The position numbers were made by a program, and so were the translations under genes. Below the pieces are notes generated by a model that saw only the letters and a program-made list of their open reading frames with translations, ran no database searches and had not been told where the DNA came from. Shown piece by piece: positions 52,682 through 64,000 of a DNA stretch of 64,000 bases. The first letter of the stretch is position 1, and each line of letters begins with the position of its first letter. This DNA comes from Malacoraja senta. Taxonomy: Eukaryota. The stretch covers positions 13,764,001 to 13,828,000 of the forward strand of contig CM075990.1 in the NCBI GenBank assembly GCA_038087875.1, read 5' to 3'.

Positions 52682-53087
52682 TCAGCAAAGAGGCATTTTC
52701 CTTATTGTTGAACGTAGATCTACTACTATGTTTGCCAGTACCCAATGTTCGCTGCTTTTCACAAAGCGGAGGACGGCTTCATTGTAATCATGTATAGTTT
52801 TCTTTGACGATAGCACGCAACAAAAGCTTTTCACAATACCTCGTTGCACATTATGATAAACTAAACTAAAACTAGTTTAATTATTTGGAGATTTCTTTTG
52901 GCAGTGAACCAGTTGTTGATTACAATGCTTGGTCTCTTATATTATCAAAACTAAGGTCAAGAATTTCCACTGAATATAGTGAAGGAACTGCTAACATTTA
53001 TATTGGGGAACCTGAGTATTTTCCTCGGCATTAATGAAAGGATCAGGGAAATTTCAGAATGAAGTAAGGAACTTGCTTGATTGCAAT

Positions 53088-54249
53088 TTGGACAACAAAA
53101 ACTCATATGTCAGGCTGTTATTCATCGATTACAGCTCGGCATTTAATACAATCATCCCCTCCAAGCTGGTTACCAAACTCGCAGAACTGGGTCTCTGCGC
53201 ATCCCTCTGCAATTGGATCCTCGACTTCCTCACTCTCAGACCACAGTCTGTTCGTATTGGTGGAAATGTGTCAGACTCGATAACAATCAGCACGGGAGCA
53301 CCTCAAGGCTGCGTGCTCAGCCCCCTGCTGTACTCACTCTATACTCATGATTGCGTAGCCGGACATAGTGCGAACTCCATCATCAAGTTCGCTGACGACA
53401 CCACTGTTGTGGGACGTATCACTGATGGGGATGAGTCAGAGTATAGAAGAGAGATCGAGCAACTGTCCATATGGTGCCAGCACAATAACCTGGCCCTCAA
53501 CACCAGCAAAACCAAGGAATTGATTGTGGACTTTGGAAGGAGTAGGATGGGGACCCACAGTCCCGTTTATATCAACGGGTCGATGGTTGAAAGGGTCAAG
53601 AGCTTCAAATTCCTGGGCGTGCACATCTCTAAAGATCTTTCCTGGTCCGAGAACACTGATGCCATTATTAAGAAAGCACATCAGCCCCTATACTTCCTGA
53701 GAAGATTACGGAGAGTCGGTTTGTCAAGGAGGACTCTCTCTAACTTCCACAGGTGCACAGTAGAGAGCATGCTGACCGGTTGCATCGTGGCTTCGCCCTG
53801 GAGAGGAAAAGACCACAAAAAGTAGTAAACACTGCCCAGTCCATCATCGACTCTGACCTCCCTTCCATCGAGGGGATCTATCACAGTCGCTGCCTCAAAA
53901 AGGCTGGCAGTATCATCAAGGACCCACACCATCCTGGCCACACACTCATCTCCCTACTACCTTCAGGTAGAAGGTATAGGAGCCTGAAGACTGCAACGAC
54001 CAGGTTCAGGAATAGCTACTTCCCCACAGCCATCAGGCTATTAAACCTGGCTCGGACAAAACACTGAACTTTATTAGCCAATTAACTGTTATTTGCACTT
54101 TATCAGTATATTGATTCATGTGTGTATATATTTATAGAATGCCTTGTAGTCAATGCCTACTATGTTCTGTTGTGCTGAAGCAAAGCAAGAATTTCATTGT
54201 CCTATCAGGGACACATGACAATAAACTCACTTGACTTGACTTGAACTTG
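53088..54249 (+). mobile_element. Rex1/Babar-type LINE, 5'-truncated, RT domain plus 3' UTR
   Basis: ORFs 53034..53825 and 53753..54067: [45 protein letters not shown]; an internal deletion shifts the frame; (CTTGA)n tail. Confidence 0.92.
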
Positions 54250-54811
54250 CTCATAAGGAGTGACTGTGAGTAACTCATGCTGGAGTAACTCGGCAAGTCA
54301 GGCAGCATCTCTGGAGGATGTGATTATGGACCTTTCTTCAAAGATTACTCCTGGTAAATGAAGCATGGGACACCTTCATTCCGAGACCATGTTTAGGCAT
54401 GGGCTGATAAGTGGCAAGTAACATTCACGTTACAAATGCGTAAAGCAATAAATGTCTCCAATTACACTTAACATTCAAAAGTATAACGATTGATGAAATG
54501 CTGCCACCAACGTCCTAGAGTCACTGTTGACCCGAACTCCAAGTGGACCAGCGACATAAACAATCTGACTAAAAGTGCAGGTTAAAGTCTGTGAAAGTGA
54601 TTCACCTCCTTGCACCCTAAATCCTTCCCAATGTATATAGTACATACATTGGGTGTATGATGGGGATTGAGCATGTTACTGGGACTGGAGAACTTGGGTT
54701 GTAAGGAGAGGCTGGTGAGTTGATATTTATAAACCTGCGCAATAGCAGTAGGGTGCTGCACAATGCAAGATGTCTAATGAGACGCAGTGTTCATTCCAAT
54801 GGCTCGTATAG

Positions 54812-55207
54812 AAGTCAAGTCAAGACCAAGTCAAGAGAGTTTATTGTCATATGTCCCAGATAGGACAATGAAATTCTTGTTTGCATCAGCACAATGGAAT
54901 ATAGTAGGCACGAATACAGAACAGATCATATCAGTGAGTCCATATACCATTATATAAATATATATACACACATCAATAAATAAGCAGATAAAGTGCAAAT
55001 AAACAGATAATGGTCTATTAGTGTTCAGAGATTTGTTTCAGTTGAGTTTAATAGCCTGATGGCTGTGGGAAAGTAGCTATTTCTGAACCTGAACGTTGCA
55101 GTCTTCAGGCTCCTGTACCTTCTACCTGAAGGTAGCGGGGAGATGAGTGGGTGGCCAGGATGGTGTGGGCCCTTGATGATGCTGCCAGCCTTTTTGAGGC
55201 AGCGACT
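54812..55207 (-). mobile_element. Rex1/Babar-type LINE 3' end
   Basis: Reverse complement of the 3' part of the 53088..54249 element; (AAGTC)n tail on the + strand. Confidence 0.85.
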
Positions 55208-55599
55208 ACTCCCCAGTCTGGCTCTCTTTACACCTCTCTACCTCTGTCCTTCTGCTCATCTGCACTCCCCTTCAGTTGTTCGCCCTCTCTGTGCTCACCT
55301 GCTCTCTCCCCAGCCCAACCACCTCCCTGCTATTTCTCCACTCGCACCGTCTCCAGACAGATGATTAGCTGCTGTTCCCCGGAGCTTCTGTTAGGCCTCA
55401 GTGGAAGAGGCAGCAGGCACTGACGGGGTGGTCAGAGTGCAATGTGGTCGAGGGGAATCCTACTTCTGCATTCTCAGAATCCTCAGCATTGCAGGGGAAA
55501 CTCCCTGGCACACTTTGTCATCACCACAAACCCCTTCCCTTTTCTTTGTACTTCCCTATGCAACCAAAGAAGACACACCTCGTGCTCTTGTACTTGATC

Positions 55600-55930
55600 C
55601 TTCTTGATGAAGCAGTAATTCACTTGCACTTGTTCCAGTTTGGCATATTACAGTGTTGTATATTGTAACCTCCGCCGTATAGGGAAAAAAAAGCGCAGGT
55701 TGGATGTTTGCAGTCTGGAGCACCTTGGTTCACGCTGCAGGGCAAAACCAAGTTCTATTTGCCTGTAACATTAACCCACAATCCCACTTCCACTGTGACA
55801 TATCTTGCTGGGGCATCCTGCTCTGCTTCAGTGAGGCCAAATACAAGCCAGTGGAAGAACAGCTCATCTTGCATCGTGGCACATTGCAGTCATTGCAACT
55901 TGCTGTCAAATTCTATGATTTCAGGTAACT
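55600..55930 (+). mobile_element. Penelope-like element relic: GIY-YIG endonuclease region
   Basis: Reads FTCTCSSLAYY...C...IGKKKRRL then SHFHCDISCWGILLCFSEAKYKPVEEQLI...FYDFR-stop. Confidence 0.7.
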
Positions 55931-56210
55931 TTGTCTTGGATTTTCCCCTTTGTTTTGGAACTGACTGTTCTGTTGTGAGGCTTGAAAAAGCTGCAGGAAA
56001 TCTGGTGAAAACAGAAGATACCCTCACCATCTCTATCTTTCTCACTACCTCTCGCCCTCTCACTATCTCTCCCTCTCTCACTCTAAGTGCACACAGAGAA
56101 CTAAAAGTTTACCAAGGACAATGTTCTGCAGGGTGTTGGTTCACAGTGGGCAAGTACTTAATGGGACATACAGAGTGAACTGCCAGCCATGGAGATAGGC
56201 ATATGTTTAT

Positions 56211-56441
56211 GTGGTGAATCTCTGGAACTCTCTGCCACGGAAGGTAGTTGAGGCCAGTTCATTGGCTATATTTAAGAGGGAGTTAGATGTGGCCCTTGTG
56301 GCTAAAGGGATCAGGGGGTATGGAGAGAAGGCAGGTACAGGATACTGAGTTGGATGATCAGCCATGATCATATTGAATGGCGGTGCAGGCTCGAAGGGCT
56401 GAATGGCCTACTCCTGCACCTATTTTCTATGTTTCTATGTT
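56211..56441 (+). mobile_element. CR1 LINE 3' end, same subfamily, + orientation
   Basis: Reverse complement of the 57563 and 63748 copies with few mismatches; (TTCTATGT)n tail. Confidence 0.92.
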
Positions 56442-56689
56442 TACGGGGTGGGGTGTTCTTGGAGCAAATTCTACGATCCAGGTCTCATGGGTACTAGACA
56501 AGGGCGTTTCAACCTGCAGTGTAATACATTTTCCAGTGAACTTGTTGAGTGTAATGGAGCAGGCGACTAAGCCCCAGCAAGTTACTGCTTTGAAATTTCT
56601 GAAAAGTGCAAATACTCTGGCTGCAAACACGATCCCACACTCTCGACCCCCATCTCACACTAATGAATGAGCCAGCTGCTGAACCCTAA

Positions 56690-56926
56690 AGGGCCTGTCC
56701 CACTTTCACGACCTAATTCATGACCTTTTTTACTCGTGGACATTTTTCATCAGGCTAGAAAAACGTCCCGACCTACTTGATGCCTCGAGTACCTACGACT
56801 ACCATCTCGGCCTGCTATGACCTACCTACGACCTCCTACGACCTCATGACGACCATGCTGCGAGTATGAGTCAAGGGCAAACTCAGCAGAGGTCGTGAAT
56901 TAGGTCGTGAAAGTGGGACAGGCTCT
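56690..56926. mobile_element. PIF/Harbinger-type MITE (ACGACCT-repeat family)
   Basis: TIRs of about 35 bp starting AGGGCCTGTCCCACTTTCACGACCTAATTCA; flanks TAA/TTA. Confidence 0.85.
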
Positions 56927-57562
56927 TTAGGGTCTCCAAAGAGTCGGACACCAGATTATTGGTAGACCATATTTTGGAAAGTATACATCATATAATTTTA
57001 ACCATTTGTGGTGCAGTCTTGATCCAGTGTATCCGTTTGTTGTTGCAATTTCCAAATGCCAATGCATCATTTATTGTCATGGATACATTTGTCAGCTGAC
57101 AGTTTGTTAAACACATTTATACAGTGCAAGTGTATCAACACGCTGACCATGTGCCCATTATTTGTGGGTTTATCATCATTTTTAAAAAAATGATGATAAA
57201 GAGGAGTGGTCACCTTTAATCAAAGTGAGGTTTGCACTTAAGCTGCAGACATGTTGCTGCAGTTGGCAGTCTCTTAAAGATTGATTGAGTTATGGTTAGA
57301 CTTTGTCCAGTGTATTCTGTCCTTTCTCCCTGCCTGGTTCATGTCTATCTCCTATAGCAAACAATGCATGTGTACAGTTAGAATGCACTGCCATGCGCTC
57401 ACTGAAAACACTAGACTCTTTCTTTACCTTCAAACCCTAAAGGTTTAGCATAAAAATGCAATATTAACTGTGTTAAACTTCTGCACAGTGGGGCAGGGGG
57501 AATATAATATTGCAAGTTATTAAAGTTGATCCTGCAGCCATGCTTCTGTTCATTTAAGGTTA

Positions 57563-58096
57563 CATAGATACATAGATACATAGAAAATAGGTGCAGGAGT
57601 AGGTCATTCGGCCCTTCGAGCCTGCACCGCCATTCAATATGATCATGGCTGATCATCCAACTCAGTATCCCGTACCTGCCTTCTCTCCATACCCCCTGAT
57701 CCCCTTAGCCACAAGGGCCACATCTAACTCCCTCTTAAATATAGCCAATGAACTGGCCTCAACTACCCTCTGTGGCAGAGAGTTCCAGAGATTCACCACT
57801 CTCTGTGTGAAAAAGTTTTTCCTCATCTCGGTCTTAAAGGATTTCCCCCTTATCCTTAAGCTGTGACCCCTTGTCCTGGACTTCCCCAACATCGGGAACA
57901 ATCTTCCTGCATCTAGCCTGTCTAACCCCATAAGAATTTTGTACGTTTCTATAAGATCCCCTCTCAATCTCCTAAATTCTAGCGAGTATAAGCCAAGTCT
58001 ATCCAGTCTTTCTTCATATGAAAGTCCTGACATCCCAGGAATCAGTCTGGTGAACCTTCTCTGCACTCCCTCTATGGCTATAATGTCCTTCCTCAG
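57563..58096 (-). mobile_element. Young CR1 LINE 3' end
   Basis: ORF 57662..58066: QRRFTRLIPGM...LSYEERL...RRLRGDLIETYKI...FFTQRVVNLWNSLP; (CATAGATA)n tail. Confidence 0.95.
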
Positions 58097-58401
58097 ATTT
58101 GGCTATAATGTCCTTCCTCAGGTTGTACAGTCATACAGTCTATGGCTATAATGTCCTTCCTCAGGTTGTACAGTCATCCTCTTCCTGTAGTTGCAATTTG
58201 CATAGATACATAGACAATAGGTGCAGGAGGAGGCCATTTGGCCTTTCGAGCCACATGATTCAATGTGATCATGGCTGATCATTCACAATCAGTACCCCGT
58301 TCTTGCCTTCTTCCCATATCCCTTGATTCCGCTAGCCCAAAGAGCTCTATCTAACTCTCTTTTGTTAGATGAGGCCAGTGTCGGAAAAGTTTGATCGCTT
58401 G

Positions 58402-58496
58402 GTAGACACAAAATGCTGCAGTAACTCAGCGGGACAGGCAGCATCTCTGGAGCAGGAATGGGTGACGTTTCAGGTCGAGACCCTTCTTCAGACTGA
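58402..58496 (-). mobile_element. Penelope-derived repeat, core 58464..58491 (further copies near 20432, 26905, 30400, 38615, 51170, 58960, 63125)
   Basis: Family match on the minus strand. Confidence 0.75.
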
Positions 58497-59318
58497 TTGC
58501 TTGTACTGACGTGGCAACTATTCTCATTTGACATCCAACCCATGTGTGCTTTCCACGGGGAAGGAATCATTGTTTTGCTGTCTTCCTTGTTTTAAATTTG
58601 CACAGAACTGAAACCATTTAACTCGAGTGCTTCTAACCAATGTTATACAATCACTATTGAAGTTCTGTCTCAGGAAACACTGCAACAGTGTGTGTTACTG
58701 TGAGGAGTAAGATTTCTGCAGAATTTTGCTCTGTCCCTGCATGATAGTTGCTGAAGAGGTTAAATTCCATTTTGATTACATTCTGTCTGTTTTTCTATGA
58801 AAGCATAAGTTTGATGACTGCTGGCCGTTCAACAATACTTTATATCCTCTCAGTCATCCAGATGGTTGGGGCTGGGTTATTTTGAACTGTTGCTCTGTAC
58901 TGCCCTCTGCAGTCCAATTGTGACATTTCTAACCGAGATTCCGTTTTCTGAAGAGGAGACGTAAAAAACTGCAGATGCTGGAATCTTGAACAAAACACAA
59001 AGTGCTGGAGGAACTCAGCGCGTCAGACAGCATCTGTGGGGGGAATGGACAGGCGATGTCACGGGTCGGGACCCTTCTTTCGACTCACAGTTTTGGAAAC
59101 ATCTAACTTAAGATTTTGATAATAACATTGACTATCTGTTAGATATTAATTTTGTTTCTTGAATGATATCTTCAAAGGCGAACACATATGCCTGTTTCCT
59201 TTGCTTCAAAGGAAGGATTTTTGAGGGTTGAGATCAACTTGTGGGGGGTAGCGAAGAGATTCTCCTCCGTACAGAACCATTGATGCTGCAGTGTGTCCAC
59301 AAGCATTGTAGCAGAACC

Positions 59319-59734
59319 CAGCGGCGGAAATCCTGGGGGGGGGACAGGGGGACACGCCCCCCCCCCCCCCCCCCCCGCCCATGTTTTGAAATCCGGATTT
59401 TATCAGATGTTTTCTAAGGGCTGAATCGGCCTGTTCGCGGGGCCTTTCAGCGCCCGGCGGGGCTTAAAATCAAACTGCTGCATCGAGGCGATCGAGGCTC
59501 CCGATGTTGAAGCCCCCGCCGGCTGATGAAAGACCCCATGAACGGGCCGATTCAAGCCCCACGATTCAGGGCGGACGAAGCTGCTGTTGCTGGAGTTTTG
59601 AGTCAGTCACCAACCAGGTCAGCTCCCGATGTTACTGTCCACAGGGCCCACGGCCGAAGCCTCGTGTGTGTGCTCGTGCACAGCCGCCACGAAATTGTGT
59701 CCCCCTCATGTTTTGACAGTGATTTCCGTGCCTG
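59319..59734. mobile_element. Non-autonomous hAT-type DNA transposon
   Basis: Imperfect 14-bp TIRs (CAGCGGCGGAAATC / GATTTCCGTGCCTG); 8-bp flanks GCAGAACC and GCAGAGCC (7/8); GC-rich interior. Confidence 0.75.
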
Positions 59735-59984
59735 GCAGAGCCTAATACCTAACGCCATAACAATTTGCCCTCGTAATAATCACCTCAATCCAATGCACCA
59801 CGTAGGCACTCACAATTTATCATGCACCCACTATTTCTTTCAGTAAAACCTTGCCATTTCATGAATGTGTGGTATTGTCATTGACATCAGGGTGATTTGA
59901 TCGAGGCAAGTTCTGTCAGGACCTTTCCTTTCAGGGTTTCCATGTGCAGTGAAGGAAACAACTCTCTTGCCAGGGTAGGTGAAT

Positions 59985-60263
59985 TGAGGAGCAGAGGACA
60001 TAGGTTTAAGGTGAAGGAGAAAAGATTTAATAGGAATCTGAGGGATAACTTTTTCACACAAAGGATGGTTGGTGTATGGAACAAGCTGCCAGAGGAGGTA
60101 GTTGAGGCGGGGACTATCCCAACATTTAAGAAACAGTTAGACAGGTACATGGATAGGACAGGTTTGGAGGGATATGGACCAAATGCGGGCAGGTGGGACT
60201 GGTGTAGCAGGGACGTGTGGGCAAGTTGGGCCATAGAGCCTGCTTCCACACTGTATCACTCTA
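59985..60263 (+). mobile_element. CR1 LINE 3' fragment
   Basis: ORF 59897..60277: RGHRFKV...FFTQRMVGVWNKLPEEVVEAG. Confidence 0.88.
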
Positions 60264-60398
60264 TACACCCAAATTAAATGCTAGATACTGGTCAATAGTT
60301 TCTAGGACACAGACACCCACAATAGCACACAACATCTAAAAATATATATTTTTAACTTTCTAGTAACTTTATTTTCTCAACCTATTTGCATATTGCAG

Positions 60399-60615
60399 GC
60401 TACTATCGAACAGAAAGGGACAAGGGCACCTTATATGAATTATTCTACAAAAAGGAATTTCTAGATGAATTTCAACACGTCACACTCTTCCGGCCATTTG
60501 GTCCACTTATGAAGGTGAAAAGTGAAGTGATCGACATCTCGCATCAGATCATCAATATAATCGTGCCACTATCTGGCCGCACCGAGGCTTTCGCCCAATT
60601 CATGCAGAACTTCAG
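60399..60615 (+). CDS. CSGALNACT2: CSGALNACT2 coding exon 2 ([15 protein letters not shown]...[10 protein letters not shown]...FAQFMQNFR)
   Basis: Within ORF 60386..60619; cag/gtgag boundaries, 217 bp. Confidence 0.96.
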
Positions 60616-61082
60616 GTGAGAACACATTAAAGGGAACAAGTAAAATCCAAGCAACATGACGTGAGGGGCTTATTAGATCCTCTAAAAGTTAACAGGATTT
60701 CAAATCCAAGGGCCTGCTGCCAGAATTTACCTTGAGGTCCCCAAATTGGGATTTAGCGATATCAATTTTTACAGCATTGGTATCAGGAGATATATCATGG
60801 GTGGATGATTCCTGATATCAAATTTCACCTCATGCAATGTTTATGTGGGAAGTTAGTCTGTTGCTTGCATTGTACGTGTAGTCTGTAGTCTGCATCATAT
60901 GTTATCGGGGCAATTCACTTTAGTTGCCATTTGATTAATGCTGTTGGTACAGTAGCAGACGTAATGCAGCAAAACATCAAAGCCAGGCGTCTGTACAATT
61001 GGTGCAACTGCATTTCCTAAATGACTCGGTATTATTAGTGTATTCTTCTACCCATGCTTAAATTTCAAATTATTTTACTCAG

Positions 61083-61184
61083 GGAGGTATGCATTCAGCA
61101 GGACAGACACATTTATCTTACAGTTGTCTACTTCGGTCAGGAAGGATTAGAAGAAGTGAGGAAGATCCTGGATCTAACAGCCAG
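61083..61184 (+). CDS. CSGALNACT2: CSGALNACT2 coding exon 3 (EVCIQQDRHIYLTVVYFGQEGLEEVRKILDLTAS)
   Basis: Manual translation; cag/gtgag boundaries, 102 bp, phase 2-2. Confidence 0.95.
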
Positions 61185-61367
61185 GTGAGCTATCACTGTT
61201 CAGAAACCAACTATAAGAATGTGTGTAAACGTTTTAGCTGCAGATTTATCGCTTTGAGTTTGCATTCAGGGTTTAGAGATTACAAGAGTCAAGAGTGTTT
61301 TATTGTCATATGTCCCAGATAGAACAATGACATTCTTACTTGCAGTAGCACAACAGAATATGTAAAC

Positions 61368-61609
61368 NNNNNNNNNNNNNNNNNNNNNNNNNNNNNNNNN
61401 NNNNNNNNNNNNNNNNNNNNNNNNNNNNNNNNNNNNNNNNNNNNNNNNNNNNNNNNNNNNNNNNNNNNNNNNNNNNNNNNNNNNNNNNNNNNNNNNNNNN
61501 NNNNNNNNNNNNNNNNNNNNNNNNNNNNNNNNNNNNNNNNNNNNNNNNNNNNNNNNNNNNNNNNNNNNNNNNNNNNNNNNNNNNNNNNNNNNNNNNNNNN
61601 NNNNNNNNN
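61368..61609. other. Assembly gap (242 N), beginning inside a Rex/Babar 3' tail (61284..61367)
   Basis: Run of N. Confidence 0.99.
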
Positions 61610-61971
61610 TCTGATTTCTTTTATAACCAGAGAAATTGGTTGACATCTCCCTAATGCATTTTGACCAGAGGAAATATTTGGTGAGAATGTCTGCCCTTGG
61701 ACAAAATGGAACATATATCATTGTTTAATAAAATGTCATATTTGCTGGGTAATTCACCCAACGGAGCATACCAAACCTGGAGGTTTATATCTGCAGGTCT
61801 CTCAGGTTGAGTTACATTTGGATTCATTTTCAAATCGATAAGAACGTCCCAGAACTTTGCTCTTCCTTTATCTCTGTAACACCTCAGAAAAGCACCCCGT
61901 TATTTTTAAGTTATTGACGCTGTAATATTTTCAGGTTAACGCTGGAATAAAATGATTTTGTTTCTTTGCAG

Positions 61972-62150
61972 TGAAACTAATTTCCACAACTACACGCTGG
62001 TTTCTTTGGCTGACGAGTTTTCACGTGGCCGAGGTCTGGATATGGGAGCCCGGACCTGGGACAAAGGCGAAGTGCTGATGTTTTTCTGTGATGTGGATAT
62101 TTATATCTCCCCCGAGTTTCTTAATAGCTGCAGGGTAAATACAGAGCTTG
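61972..62150 (+). CDS. CSGALNACT2: CSGALNACT2 coding exon 4 ([10 protein letters not shown]...FSRGRGL...FFCDVDIY...)
   Basis: Within ORF 61952..62212; carries the DxD (DVD) glycosyltransferase motif; cag/gtgag boundaries, 179 bp. Confidence 0.96.
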
Positions 62151-62345
62151 GTGAGTCATCAGTGTTTTTAGCTAATCAGTTTAAAGTGTCTACAATGCAT
62201 GAGTCACCTTAATCGTTGGCCACTTAGTGCTGAGGAAGTTATTTGGCAGTTTGTGGTAATCTCTGATTCAGAAGATTATGGGTTCAAGATCCATTCCAGG
62301 ATCTGAGCACATTAGCTTGGTTGTCACCACATACTGTAGTACTTG

Positions 62346-62648
62346 GGGTGGCGCAGCAGTAGAGTTGCTGCCTTACAGCACCAGAGACCCGGATTCGATC
62401 CTGACTACGGGTGCTGTCTGTACGGAGTTTGTACGTTCTCCCCGTGACCTGCGTGGGTTTTCCCCGGTTGTTGCAGTTTCCACCCACATTCCAAAGACGT
62501 ACAGGTTTGTAGGTTAAATGTCTTTGGTAAAATATTGTAAAATTGTCCCTAGTGTGTAGGGTAGTGCTAGTGTACTGGGTGTTTGCTGGTTGGCACGGAC
62601 TCTGTGGGCTGAAGGGCCTGTTTCCGTGCTGTATCCCTGAACTAAACA
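62346..62648 (+). mobile_element. HE1-like SINE
   Basis: A and B boxes (tggcgcagcagta; gattcgatcc), core and tail. Confidence 0.88.
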
Positions 62649-63371
62649 AAAAGCTATCCTTTGTGTAGGAGGAATAATCCAGGAATAAAGATCCAGAGGA
62701 ATTGGTCTAAATCCCTCTAAAGCAAGAGATTTAATGAAACTCCAACAATTAAATAAGTTGGAATAAAAAACTGGTGATGATGAAATTATAATTTAGAAAA
62801 CCAAACTGTTTCAGACCTTAGTTGCACGGGTCTTAATCTGGCAAGACCAAGAGCAAAGTGGTTGACTCTTAAATAGGTCACCTGCCCCCCCCCCCCCCCC
62901 CCACCCCCACCCCGCCAACTCTCTTCCCTGTGCCCCTCCCAGTTGCAAATTCATTTCTCCCCACCACCTGTCTCGGATTTTACAATGTGCACTTCCATAA
63001 TTATCTCGCACCGTTGGTCTTTTCATCTCTGGCCTTTGCCTAGCCAGCTGCCTATCAAACTTTACCTATCTATCATTCGCCAGGCATTAGCCTGCCCCTC
63101 ATCTCTTCCACCCCCACCACTACAATCAGTCTGAAGAAGGGTCCAGGCGCAAAATGTCACCCGTCCATGTTCTCCATTTATTCATTTATTGCTGATATAA
63201 TTTCTCAAGGACTTGTTGATAGGAAGATAAGGATCACTGGTACATTTCTGATGCAATTTCAGGGTCAATTTTACTCCGTTATTTGAATTATTTTGTGCGA
63301 TGCCTCTGACATTAATCTCTCTTTCACCTACCGGTATTTGCAGCACTTAACAAAATCCGATCTTTCTATAG

Positions 63372-63466
63372 GCAAGAAGGTTTTCTATCCGGTCGTGTTC
63401 AGCCTGTACAACCCTGTCATTGTCTATGCCAGCATGGATGGTTCCCCCACTATTGAGCAACAACTG
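63372..63466 (+). CDS. CSGALNACT2: CSGALNACT2 coding exon 5 (GKKVFYPVVFSLYNP...IEQQL); gene continues beyond the window
   Basis: Within ORF 63293..63499; tag/gtgag boundaries, 95 bp. Confidence 0.95.
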
Positions 63467-63530
63467 GTGAGACTCTTATATGAAATTAACCTTATTTAAT
63501 TTGAGAAACAAACTGGATTATAAAATGTAA

Positions 63531-63738
63531 AGGGCCTATCCCACTTTCACGACCTAATTCACGACCTCTGCCGACTCGTACTCGCAGCATGGTCGTCACG
63601 AGGTCGTAGGAGGTCGTAGGTATGCTAGTCGTAGGTACTCGTGACATCAAGTAGGTCGGGGTGTTTTTCTAGCCTGATGAAAAATGCCCACGAGTAAAAA
63701 AAGGTCGTGAATTAGGTTGTGAAAGTGGGACAGGCCCT
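63531..63738. mobile_element. PIF/Harbinger-type MITE, same family as 56690..56926, opposite orientation
   Basis: Same TIRs, perfect TAA/TAA target-site duplication; interior is the reverse complement of the 56690 copy, with indels. Confidence 0.85.
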
Positions 63739-63747
63739 TAACTTATT

Positions 63748-64000
63748 CATAGATACATAGATACATAGAAAATAGGTGCAGGAGTAGGCCATTCGGCCCT
63801 TCGAGCCTGCACCGCCATTCAATATGATCATGGCTGATCATCCAACTCAGTATCCCGTACCTGCCTTCTCTCCATACCCCCTGATCCCCTTAGCCACAAG
63901 GGCCACATCTAACTCCCTCTTAAATATAGCCAATGAACTGGCCTCAACTACCCTCTGTGGCAGAGAGTTCCAGAGATTCACCACTCTCTGTGTGAAAAAG
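63748..64000 (-). mobile_element. Young CR1 LINE 3' end, runs off the window
   Basis: Nearly identical to 57563..57815. Confidence 0.95.

Noticed and set aside
59523-59550. CTGATGA inside the hAT element as another hammerhead
   Set aside because: No stem II followed by GAAA and no NUH in the right position.
61266-61721. 151-aa and 141-aa ORFs
   Set aside because: Open only because they span the N gap.
62346-62420. tRNA-like A/B boxes here and at other SINE heads
   Set aside because: They continue into SINE core and CR1-type tail and form no proper cloverleaf; not tRNA genes.

Overview
Vertebrate genomic DNA. The repeat content (HE1-like tRNA SINEs, CR1 LINEs, Penelope-derived repeats) points to a cartilaginous fish such as a skate or ray; this is an inference. 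The + strand carries the 3' half of RET: kinase exons equivalent to human exons 12-19, the intron-19 read-through RET9 tail and the RET51 exon 20. CSGALNACT2 follows on the same strand, with a CpG-island promoter and probable non-coding exon at ~28.3 kb and five coding exons from 48133 to 63466; the gene continues past the window. The gene order matches human 10q11. Introns are rich in SINEs, CR1, L2 and Rex/Babar LINE fragments, Harbinger-type MITEs, a hAT-type element and a Tigger relic, and there is one N gap. Highlights: (1) a high-copy Penelope-linked repeat carrying a minimal hammerhead-ribozyme core, often as inverted pairs; (2) a strong second splice acceptor 26 nt upstream of RET exon 20 that would give an 8-residue tail EKIICFRF; (3) a nested CR1+MITE inverted-repeat clamp around four CSGALNACT2 exons, a circRNA-prone layout. 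Repeat boundaries were read by eye and are approximate.
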